Below, piece by piece: positions 53,566 through 64,000 of a stretch of 64,000 nucleotides of DNA. Position 1 is the stretch's first letter. Each line of letters opens with the position of its first letter. The position numbers and the translations under genes were made by a program. The stretch is from Octopus sinensis (Eukaryota): the NCBI RefSeq assembly GCF_006345805.1, contig NC_043000.1, positions 125,240,001 to 125,304,000 of the forward strand, read 5' to 3'. The notes under the pieces are model-generated. The model was not told the DNA's origin, did not search any database, and was given only the letters and a program-made list of their open reading frames with translations.

Positions 53566-53790
53566 GTATTTATGTGCTATCTGAGTATATTCCACTGATG
53601 AGGGCAGAGCATTTCTTATGCAGAGCCAGAAATCTGGGATCTAGAATTGTCCAGTAATCTTTTTGCTAGTTTATTTTGTCTCTTTGTCTTCTCTCCTGGT
53701 GCTGTATGAACATTTAATGTGGTTTTAGAGTCAAGTTTTAGCTGCTATTTCCAGCGTGGTGGTATCTCTTAGATACCCTAAATTATAAAT
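53394..53790 (+). mobile_element. Element with about 68-bp inverted ends and an internal degenerate hammerhead (Penelope-like inverted pLTR)
   Basis: AAATTATAATTTAGGGTATCTAAGAGATACCACCACGCTGG... at the left is mirrored at about 53724-53790; left flank (TA)n, right flank AT-rich then (ATT)n. Confidence 0.65.
53589..53647 (+). ncRNA. Degenerate type I hammerhead motif
   Basis: ATTCCA-CTGATGA(53595-601)-GGGC...GCCA-GAAA(53629-32)-TC TGG GA-TC-TAGAAT. One mismatch at the base of stem II and one in stem I. Confidence 0.55.
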
Positions 53791-53874
53791 TTAATAATAA
53801 TTATTATCTTTGAAGGTTTTTATTCCCATGCTGGCTACCTGATAAGATCGGTATTTAAAAAACAATCTTATCCA

Positions 53875-53940
<66 letters not shown>

Positions 53941-53973
53941 CAAATGTATATATACATACATACATATCATCGT

Positions 53974-54013
<40 letters not shown>

Positions 54014-55088
54014 ATATAAGAAATTCTATCCACCAATACGGTGTTGAGCACTCATTTTCATCGTTTGACATTTATGTGTGTGTGTGTGTGTGTGTGTGTA
54101 TGTATGACACACTCGCCCATGAAAGATGATGTATGAGTATTCAGTAAGAAGACAGAAGAAAGAAAATCTGGTGCCACATTAAAGCACCCAGTACACTCTG
54201 TAAAGTGACTGGCATTAGGACGGGCATCCAACCATACCTGTGCCTGGATTCTGAGACATTTAGGCAGCTCAGAGCACAAGGTTCTCCTTCTGAATGAGAA
54301 ACCAGTCCACTGCAGGTTAACCCTTAGCTATTACCATTAGTACACATTTGTGGCTACTAATGGCAGCAGTACTCATTTGTGAGTACTTTGTGGACTGGAA
54401 CAACATGATATAAAATGCCTTGTTCAGGAACACAACACACCACCCAGTCTGAAAATTGAACCCCCAACCTAATGATCATGAGCTACAAACTGTAAGCTCT
54501 AGGCCACACATAATAGATTAAGTGTCAAAGATATTGTCCTATTGTTCTCTAGCAATAATATATTAAATTCACTAAGCTAAATACTAATATAACATAAATA
54601 GACATTAGATATATGGACAATAAACGTATGAACTGTCATCAATAGAAATATTCTAATACAATAGAATGTTGTGATATTATATATTTATATTAAATGAAAA
54701 CAATTATTTAAGGTTTTAATAAAGTGACTCTATTTATCTAGAAACCCTTCTGATCTGATTCAAAGCAGAATCTTTAGTAACTTTTGAATGACATACTGGA
54801 GTATGAAAAGTAGGGTTGTCATGGGTCAGATGAATTGTTTGAATGATTCTTCTAAAATAATGGCTTTAATTTTTGACACAAAGTCAGCAGTGACCGTTAG
54901 GTTGTGAGTTCAGTTTTCAGATTGGGTGATGTGATGTGTCCCTGAACAAGGCATTTCAGAAATTTTGAGGATGGGGTTAGCCAGAAAGAAGAAGGAAGAA
55001 ACGGAGAGAAAAGGAGAAGTAAGGGAGAAGAGAAGACAAAAAGAAAACAGAAAGGGAGGGAGAGAGAGAGAGCGAGAGAGAGGCAAAG

Positions 55089-55338
55089 TAACTTTGGCAC
55101 AATGCCTCCCAAACTGCTGCCAATATCAACACAGCATTGGGAGAGGGGTCCACAAGTGATCGCACAGTACAAAGTTGGTTTCAGAAATTCTGTAGTGGTG
55201 ATGAGAGCCTTGAAGATGAAGATGGTAGAGGATGGTCATGCAGTCTTGAATAATTGAAAGCAATTGTCGAACAAAACCCATGTCAAAGTGTCAGAGAAAT
55301 GTCTCAGGCACTTGGTGTTGGTATTGCAACAGTCTCAT
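55089..55338 (+). mobile_element. Internal (HTH-region) fragment of the same mariner family
   Basis: Closely matches about 57137-57392. Confidence 0.85.
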
Positions 55339-56245
55339 GCAAGTGTGGATTGAGAGAAAACAGAATAAGAAAAAACAGAGTAAGAAAAAGCTCAACTGGT
55401 TTTCCTTTTACCACCCAGTAAAAGGATGAAAGGCAAAGTTATTCTCAGTGGAATCTGAACTCAGAATAAAAAGAGCTCAAAGAAACACTGGTTGGCATTT
55501 AGTCCGATATGCAAATGATTCTACTAGCTCACTAACAGAATTGTTATTCTTTTGAAATAATGAAAACTAACAACTGGTGCAAATACATGTACTGGAAATA
55601 AATTCCACATGATGGATTTCTAAGCATTGTTTGAATGTTCAATATATTGAGTAAAGTACAGATTTTAAATTGCTTTTTTGATTTGTTGTTTTTTTTTTCT
55701 ACAAAATCCTAGGTGTTCTATAAAGATTGATTGAGTTCCATGGGAGACCATATAAAAGAGAGAATGGGAATAAATATAAGTGACCCTGGAAGAAGTTATG
55801 GTATTTATTTTTTTGTTAATTAAGTTATGGTGTTTTCAAAGACATAAACAAAGTAAAACTATTTGAATTGTTTAGCATTAAAACTTTCATTTTACAAATA
55901 TAAATTGATTATCTTTATAAGATATATGTTAAATACATGATATATGTTACACACACACAGACATAGAGACATGTACACATATACATATATGCACATATAT
56001 ATTTATATATGTATATGTATACATGTGTGTGTGTGTGTATGTATATATACATATATGTATATATATCATATATGATATATGTAAAAAAAGGAATTAAAAA
56101 TTTTTTTTTAAAGCTAAGACAATATTGTTCAAAGATTTACATTCATAAGTACAGTGTGTCCCAAAAGTCATCAAATCATTTGAGGTTGAATTTTATTAAA
56201 AGATATTTCAGATCCCCCTTTGAGATTGTAGGGATACTCTTGTAT

Positions 56246-56276
<31 letters not shown>

Positions 56277-56911
56277 CTTTAATGTTCACTACTTCAGGCT
56301 TCATACAAAATTCATTGAGGCAGATTTTCTACAGCTGGAGATCCCTTCTCTCACAGGGCTTTACTCTGCCTTCTCCAAGGTGCCACACAGTGGGATTGAA
56401 CCCAAAATCACATGGTTTGGAAGCGAACATTTTAATCTTACAGCCATGCCTGTGCCTATTGCAGCAAGTTTAATCTATATTTCTGCTTTATCTTCCAGAT
56501 GAAACCTTTCATCAATATCAATGAGAAAGGCATAATCACCACAACTTCATTCCCTTAATAATTCTAAGGCTTTGTTGTTTAGTCCTAGGTCAGGCCTGAG
56601 TGAGTGGACCTGTAATCAAAAGTACTTCAGCTGTTCTTTAATTTAAACTGGTGTGTGATTTGAAGGCAATTAAGTTACTCTTTCTAGCAGAATGAGTGAC
56701 TGTTTAGAACAGTGATTCTCAAAATATTTTTTTGACTTATGGACCCCTTTGATTACTATTTTATTCTGATAGACCCCCATAGGCATTCAGCATTTAAAAA
56801 CTAGTTTTATAGGTACTTTCAAAATTCCTATTTTGCTTTTCACTTGTTCACCTGTTAATAACTTGTAAGGACACTATATTTTGTTATGCAACCATAGTAT
56901 ACTATAAAGTA

Positions 56912-58197
56912 TTAAGTTGTTCCGAAAATAATGGCTGCACTAAGTGTTGTGTTTTGAAATGCAATTTATCATAGTATTTTAATTGTATTTTTGGTGAATT
57001 TTGACATACTTAATAATTGATGTGTGCTCTTTAATGATTTTCTACTTATTTCAGACAGAAAATATTCTTGAAGCATAGGCACTCTTAATTATGAACATGA
57101 CAAAAAGGACCTTTGCTTACTTTTCTTACATGAGTTCAAACTTTGGCACAATGCTTCCCAAACAGTTGCCAATATCAATGCAGCATTGGAAGAGGGGTCC
57201 ACAAGTGATCGTACAGTGCAAAATTGGTTTCAGAAATTCTGTAGTGGTGATGAGAGCCTTGAAGATGAAGAAGGTTGAGGCTGGTCATGCAGTCTTGACA
57301 ATGAATAATTGAAAGCAATTGTCGAACAAAACCCATGTCAAAGTATCAGAGAAATCTTTCAGTCACTTGGTGTTGGTATTGCAACAGTCTCATGGAATCT
57401 GCAGAAGATTGTTAAGGTGAAAAAACTTGATAAATGGGTACCATATGAGCTCAATGAAAATCAATAAGTTTAATGTTTTGAAGTGTACTCAATGCTCTTT
57501 CTGTGAAAACCAATGATACTTTTCTTGACCAAATAGTCACTTGTGATGAAAAGTGGATCCTTTATGATAACCATAAACGATCAAATCAATGGCTTGATTG
57601 TGATGAGTTCCCACCCCGAAACATTTCCCAAAGCCAAAGTTGCATCAGCAAAAGATTATGATGTCTGTCTGGTGGTCTGCAACTGGTGTTGTCCATTACA
57701 GCTTTCTGGAAGTCAATCAGAGCATTACAGCAGAGCTTTACTACAATCAACTCACTGAAATGCATGCTCACTTGCAAAAAATGAGATTTGCATTGGTGAA
57801 TCGGTGTGGCCCAATTCTGCTCCACTGTAATGCAAAGTCATATGTTGCAAGAATGACGCTGCAGAAACTCACAGACTTGGGATATGAGACTTTACCACAT
57901 CCTCCATATTCTCTTGATCTTTCACCCACAGACTACCATTTTTTAAAGCATTAATAAACGTTTTTAAGTGATAAAACTTTCAGGTCCAAACCAGAGGTGG
58001 AATCAGCTTTCAAAGATTTCTTAGCATCAAAGCCAATAAGTTTTTATCAAAGAAACATAAATAATCTCGTTGATCAGTTGTAGTGATGCATAGACGTTCA
58101 CGGCTCATACTTTGACTAATCAAAACATTTCTATTGTTAATTTTCCCAGAATAACATTATGTTTCTGAAATCAGTCATTATTTTTGGAACAACCTAA
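56912..58197 (+). mobile_element. Full-length but decayed mariner element (1286 bp)
   Basis: 26-bp TIRs TTA(A/G)GTTGTTCC(G/A)AAAATAATG(G/A)CTG with 3 mismatches, TA TSD; motifs WVPYEL, DEKWILYDN, YSLDLSPTDYHFLKH broken by stops and frameshifts. Confidence 0.92.
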
Positions 58198-58399
58198 TAT
58201 ATTAAACATTTTTATAAGTCAGTACCATGTCCTACTGTGTTAGCAGTGCACTTTACATCACTTGTTTAGGTTATCTCTATAGATATTCTATGAAAAGCTT
58301 ACATCTGGCATCTTGGATATGAAACGTAACAAAAATTAGTGCTGGCTGTAATTTCTATAGAATATCTGCAGAGATACTCTGAACAAGTCATTAACTTGC

Positions 58400-58614
58400 T
58401 CTTTTATTCTTTTGCTTGTTTCACTCATTTGACTGTGGCCATGCTGGAGCACCACCTTAAATGGTTTTAGTTGAAGAAATCGACCCCAGGACTTATCCTT
58501 TGTAAGGATAAGTCACAGGGATGTAAACCCACCAACATTGGGTATCAAGCGATAGTGGGGTAACAAACAGTGACACAATGACACACACACAGATATATAC
58601 ATACATATATATAT

Positions 58615-58647
<33 letters not shown>

Positions 58648-58808
58648 GATGGGCTTCCATCAGTTTCCATCTACCAAATCCACTCACAAGGCATTGGTCA
58701 GCTCGAGGCTATAGTAGAAGACACTTGTCCAAGGTGCCACACAGTGAGACTGAACTGAGAACCATGTGATTAGGAAGCAAGTTTCTTACCACACAGCCAT
58801 GCCTGCAC
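58400..58808 (-). mobile_element. SINE family C nested in a hAT MITE
   Basis: Full-length match to the family. Confidence 0.82.
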
Positions 58809-59117
58809 TTTGTGTAGGTTTGCAAAAGAACTCTCTGGAAGCACATGTTTCAGTGGCCAGAAACAGGTTGAACTATGTCTAGCTGTTTCTTACAATAAAT
58901 ATATCAAAAACAAAATTATTTCACGCATCTTTTAAATACTTCTGTGGATCCCCAATTTACTGCTTTGCTTGCATGACCCCCTAAAACTCTTATGTGTACC
59001 CCCAGAAAACTTAGTTGAGAACCACTAGTCTAGAATTTCCCCCAATAACTCCTATTTTGGACATGTATCTTTTCTCCACATTAAAAGTTTGCAAACCATC
59101 AAGTTTAAAAAATATAC

Positions 59118-59490
59118 TCTTTTACTTGTTTTAGTCATGTGACTGCGGCCATGCTGGAGCACCGCCTTTAGTCGAGCAAATCGACCCCAGGACTTATTCT
59201 TTGTAAGTCTAGTACTTATTCTATCAGTCTCTTTTACTGAACCACTAAGTTACAGGGATGTAAACACACCAGCATTAGTTGTCGACACACAAACATATAC
59301 ACACACATACATATATATATATATACATACAACAGGCTTCTTTCAGTTTCCATCTACCAAATCTACGCACAAGGCTTTGGTTGGCCCGAGGCTATAGTAG
59401 AAGACTCTTGCCCAAGGTGCCACGCAGTGGGACTGAACCTGGAACTATGTGGTTTCTAAGCAAGCTACTTACCACACAGCCACTCCTATG
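59118..59490 (-). mobile_element. SINE family C
   Basis: Full-length match to the family. Confidence 0.82.
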
Positions 59491-60068
59491 CCTATCTTTG
59501 AATCTTTGTAAGAAAATAAAAATGACAGATAAATACTGATAAACCAAAATGTATGTTGAAAGAATGGAAGAGTGTCATTAGGAGAAATTGTGTAAACAAT
59601 AATAACTTTTCTAACCTCAAGCCAGGTGTTTATTAGGTTAATATAATTTATAAAGCTTGCAAATAAGAATAAGTTTGCATGCCACCGGGGTAAATACAAA
59701 ACTATATATAAGTTTTTTTAGGACTCTACGCAGCATTGTTAGAATTTACATCTCCACTGTAGCATACCAACTTATTTATATAAGTGAACTTTATTGATTA
59801 TTGTTGAAATTTTATCATCATCCTCTTCATCGTTTTAACATCCAATTTTCCATGCTTGCATGGGTCAGAAAATTTGTTGAGGTAAATTTTCTATAGTCAG
59901 ATGCTTTTCTTGTTGTCAATCCACTCCTATTAATTTTTCCCCATGACCAGACATGTTTTCATGGAAGACTGGAAACGAAAGACATCGCTTGCAGAAGAGT
60001 GACATTCATATACAACTGTCAAGAGATGTCAAAGCAAAGTAACACACACATATACTTATGTACATATA

Positions 60069-60431
60069 CAGGGTGATTCAAGAGTCTCCATACATAGGAA
60101 AAATTTATTTTTTTATAAGAAACACTTTATAAGATAACCTAGATTCCCCTCTTGATTTCTATCTTTGGGGCCATTTGAAAGGCATGGTGTATTGTGGAAA
60201 GATAAAAAGACATAAATAATTTGAAGGATTGCATCACCAACTCATTTGCACACGTATCACCAGATGTGCTATTACGAGTTCACAATGAGTGAGGGTAAAC
60301 TTATTGCAATGAGTATTCAAAACAATGGTAACCATATAGAGCCTGCTAAATGAAAAAAAAACTGTTCTTTTAAACTGTTTTTTATAAAGAGATAAATTGT
60401 TCCTATGTATGGTGACTTTTGAATCACCCTG
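60069..60431 (+). mobile_element. Tc1/mariner deletion derivative (363 bp) retaining the transposase C-terminus
   Basis: TIRs CAGGGTGATTCAA(G/A)AGTC(T/A)CCATACATAGGA, TA TSD; internal PLDFYLWGHLKGMVY...QNNGNHIE. Confidence 0.85.
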
Positions 60432-60496
60432 TATATGTATTTATATGTGCATATATAGGTATAGGTGTGGCTGTGTGGGAACATAAAAACAGACAA

Positions 60497-60810
60497 AATA
60501 CCTATTTCTTTACTACTCACAAGGGGCTAAACACAGAGAGGACAAACAAGGATAGACAAATGGATTAAGTTGATTATATCAAACCCAGTGCGTAATTGGT
60601 ACTTATTTGATTGACCTTGAAAGAATGAATGACAAAGTCGACCATGGCAGAATTTGAACTCAGAACATAACGGCAGATGAAATACTGCTAAGCATTTTGC
60701 CCGGTGTGCTAATGTTTCTGCCAGCTCGCCACCTTAATGTAAAATAAATATTCTTTTCTACTCTAGGCACAAAGCCTGCAATTTTGGGGGAGGGGGCCAG
60801 TGAATTAGAT
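60497..60810 (-). mobile_element. SINE family B (plus adjacent partial tail)
   Basis: Matches 35241-35480. Confidence 0.8.
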
Positions 60811-60914
60811 GAAATCAAGGCTCAGTCAGAGTGGACACATAGCTAACCTACTCAGCAAAACCTTTTTAGTATGTACCTTATTTATTCATTTATGTTTGTT
60901 TGTTTACTTATTTG

Positions 60915-61712
60915 TGCTTGAGAAGACCCGGCAAGCCAAGTGAGACCATAACCATGGCCTATGTGAGTACAGCGTTGCCAGCCCATTTAAGAGTACCCTT
61001 CAATCATTGAGCAATAAACTGGTGCTTGTGAAGACTTGTTGAGGCAAGTGAAGTCATTGTCGTTGCTGATGACAGTACCACCTGATTGGCACCTGTACTG
61101 GTGGCACATAAAAAGCACCATTTGAGCATGGTCGATGTGAGTACTACCTAACTGATCCCATGCTGGTGGCACATAAAAAGCACCATTGGAGCATGGCCAT
61201 TGCCAGTGCTAGCTGACTGGTCCCATGCAGACTGACTGGTCCTGTGCAGGCTGACTGGTCCCGTGCCAGTGGCACATAAAAAGCACCATTGTAGCGTGGT
61301 TGGTGCCAGTGCTGGCTGACTAGTCCCAAGCCGGTGGCATGTAAAAAGCACCATTTGAACGTGATCATTGCCAGTGCCACCTGACTGGCTCCTGTGCCAG
61401 TGACATGTTAGAAGCACCAATGGAGCATGGTTGTTGCCAGTGGTGCCCAACTGGCTCCTGTGCCAGTGACATATAAAAAGCACCATTCAAGCATGGCTGA
61501 TGCCAGTACTGCCTGACTGGCCCCCATGCCAGTGACACATAAAAAGGATCCCACCACACTCTCGGAGTGGTTGGCATTAGGAAGGGCATCCAGCTGTAGA
61601 AACATTGCCAGATTGGATGGGAGCCTGGTGCAGCTGGCTTGCTAGCCCTCAGTCAAATTGTCCAACCCATGCCAACATGGAAAGCAGACATTAAACAACA
61701 ATGATGTTGATG
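60915..61712 (+). mobile_element. Long family A copy with an internal about 66-bp minisatellite (about 7 units)
   Basis: GTG(G/A)CA(C/T)..AAAAAGCACCATT recurs at about 61101, 61166, 61269, 61334, 61399, 61465, 61531. Confidence 0.8.
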
Positions 61713-62124
61713 ATAAATCAGATAAGAAAGATCATGTTTTAAAATTGGTCTTGAAAAATTGTTCTTAGTTTATTGCTGAATCCAAGCATTTGTAAATAAT
61801 GAATAATGATTTTGTAAGCATAAATTTCTCATCTTCAAAAAAAAAATCAGGTTTCCATATTGCAATTTATCTACTTGAAATTTTTTTAAATTGTGCTTAA
61901 AAGGTAATGACATGTTTTCTGTTCTTTGAAATAGATTTTTGTTTTGCTTATGTTAAATATTACAAGAATTTGTCCAAAGTATATTATTATCATTGTGGAT
62001 GTTTTAACATTCACATTTTCATGTTTGCATGGATCAGATAAAATTTGTTAACACAGATTTTCTGCAGCTGGATGTTCTTCCTGTCATCAACCCTTATCTG
62101 TTTACAAGTAAGGTAATATTTTCA

Positions 62125-62348
62125 AGGGTGGTGAGCTGGCAGAATCGTTAGAATACTGGGCAAAATGCTTAGCGGTATTTCATCTGCTGTTACGTTCTGA
62201 GTTCAAATTCCACCAAGGTCGACTTTGCCTTCCATCCTTTCGGGGTCAGTTAAATATGTACCAGTTATGCACTGGAGTCGATGTAATCTACTTAATCCCT
62301 TGTTTGTCCCCTCAATGTTTAGCCCCCTGTGAGCAATAAAGAAATAAA
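62125..62348 (+). mobile_element. SINE family B
   Basis: GGTGGTGAGCTGGCAGAATCGTTAG...GAGTTCAAATTCC. Confidence 0.82.
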
Positions 62349-62469
62349 TATTTTCCCATGACTAGATATGTTATCATGGTAGACTAGAAATGAACATGTG
62401 ACAATGTCAAGACAAGGAGACACATGCACAAACACACAAATTGACACATGTACATACATATATTGATGT

Positions 62470-62885
62470 CACCTGTCTATTGTAGGTCAACATTGATTGG
62501 TTTGTCCAGAAATCCTCTCTGTCATGTGAGCAGCAAGGCCTGCCCTTGATGCAGCAGTGGTGACATCAGTTACAAGTGAAGCTCACGACCTCATGTCTCT
62601 GGATAAAACATCTTTGGACAGTGAGTAAGGCAGGTGGCATCATTCCTCCACCAAACTGCAGCTCTGAACATCTATACCAAGTACCAAGTGGTGTACAAGA
62701 GTGCAACAAGCACAGCCAATAGTGAGGCTAACCTGCATTAGAAGCTAGTTTGCTAGTTGACACCCAACCATTGTCTGATGGTACAGATCTTCCACTTGGC
62801 TGCAATAACCTTCAAGCTATTGATCTAGGACTTCTCTACCTTGTAGGTTATCCAATACCCTGCTTGCTGACATCTTTCTCCCTCA
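62470..62885 (-). mobile_element. Possible highly decayed RTE-type LINE remnant
   Basis: Weak motifs only (LHSCTPLGTW, RCFIQRH, VTDVTTAASRAGL) in shifted frames. Confidence 0.3.
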
Positions 62886-62889
62886 TACA

Positions 62890-63070
62890 CTATAAATAAG
62901 AAGGGTGGAGCAATTGCAGAAAACAGCACTGCTTGGAACTGCTCAAATACTCTGGTAGACACTCGAAAAATAAGAAGTGTTACCTTAGTTCACTGGTAGT
63001 GAACAGCTGACACCGTAGTACATCTCCAGCATTAGAAGCTGTGCAAAGGCAATAATAATGATAATAATGA
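62890..63070 (+). mobile_element. 3' terminus of an RLE-type LINE with (TAA)n tail
   Basis: VEQLQKTALLGTAQIL followed by 3' UTR and AATAATAATGATAATAAT. Confidence 0.7.
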
Positions 63071-63079
63071 AATTATTGT

Positions 63080-63440
63080 GTATAGTGCTCAGGTGCACTA
63101 CAGCTCATCAAAGGTGTATGTACAGTATGTAGAATTGTGTACAAAAGTCAGGTAAGTGAACAGTGCATGAGTCATAGTATACATGTGTGCATGCGTATGG
63201 AGGTGGGGATATAAGGTGTAATGTTGATGAATTTCAGGAAGCTTGGAGGTTTTAAAGGATACAATATCTCAGAAACTAACAACCGATGCAGGTAGTTTGT
63301 TCTATGCTTCAGCAACTCTGAGTGTGAAAAAATGTTTCTGAAAGTCATGGGAGCTGTGCTGTTTTCTAACTTTTTAGGCATGCCCACATGTGTTAGACAC
63401 ATGGAGCTCAAAAAAGTGCTCAAGGTGGTTGTTGGCACGA
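63080..63440 (-). mobile_element. CR1-type LINE 3' fragment
   Basis: TCGHA*KVRKQHSSHDFQKHFFTLRVAEA*NKLPASVVS...SFKT matches the CR1 C-terminal pattern. Confidence 0.75.
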
Positions 63441-64000
63441 TCCTTGAGACATCTGCATTAAAAATAAAATGTACCTTCAGTTTATCAAAATTTTCCTACA
63501 ATATCTGACATTAGATTCTAACCATGAGTTGTGTTCAACATTTGGCTTTAAATCAAAATGTTCAAGTAAAAATATTTACTATAACAGGAAAAAAATATAT
63601 TACTTTTTTCAAAAATTGTCTTGTCGCCAAAACAATTTAATTAAAAGAATGGATTAAACCATGAGCCAGAGGTAGTGTAACTTCCAGAAATATGTCTGTG
63701 AAACAAAATATAAATAGAAATTTCAAAACTGTAAAAAAAAATCAATTTGAATCATTAAAGCAACATGAAAATATTATTCTGCATCGATGTGTCTTACTTT
63801 AGATGTCTTATCTAAAGTTGGCATAGAACATGAGGTTCTTCAGAATGAAGGGGAAAAAATACATACATAAATAAACTAGTGAATAGCAGTTGGAATATTC
63901 TTCAAGTCCCTTCCTTCTTTTGACTTCTGTCCAGCAGTAAAGCTAGATGAATATAAAACTTATCACGGAAAAAGAAAACCAGAAAAAGACATTATTATGC

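Larger units (their letters stand above)
56710..59027. mobile_element. hAT (Charlie/MER5-like) MITE expanded by a nested mariner and a SINE
   Basis: Ends CAGTGATTCTCAA / TTGAGAACCACTA; 8-bp TSD GTTTAGAA / GTCTAGAA. Confidence 0.75.

Noticed and set aside
61101-61560. CRISPR-like repeat spacing
   Set aside because: The intervening sequences are themselves homologous, there are no cas genes, and it lies inside a eukaryotic retroposon.

Overview
AT-rich, repeat-saturated eukaryotic DNA. The SINE repertoire and microsatellite load suggest a cephalopod, probably Octopus (inference, not verified). No intact protein-coding gene is supported. Almost all ORFs in the track are microsatellite artefacts; the rest are decayed transposon fragments (Gypsy gag with LTR, R4/Dong-like RLE LINE, Tx1/L1, CR1, mariner/Tc1, hAT MITEs, a Helentron-type HINE). 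The main unexplained signal is a set of type I hammerhead ribozyme (HHR) motifs in at least five unrelated non-coding repeat families, four of them sitting in (TA)n tracts. (1) A 3-kb array of 491-493-bp units at 9445-12464 that flips orientation and carries five complete, canonical HHRs on both strands. (2) A 558-bp tandem at 45711-46695 with two HHRs. (3) A tRNA-headed SINE whose tail carries a minimal HHR (two copies). (4) Two further degenerate HHRs at 27.9 kb and 53.6 kb. Several (TA)n-flanked inverted 'tails-out' elements accompany them. This resembles Penelope-like pLTR / retrozyme biology (self-cleaving, possibly circular RNAs). I cannot check whether these families are already described. 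A few weak candidate exons are listed at low confidence. SINE and LINE boundaries are approximate.
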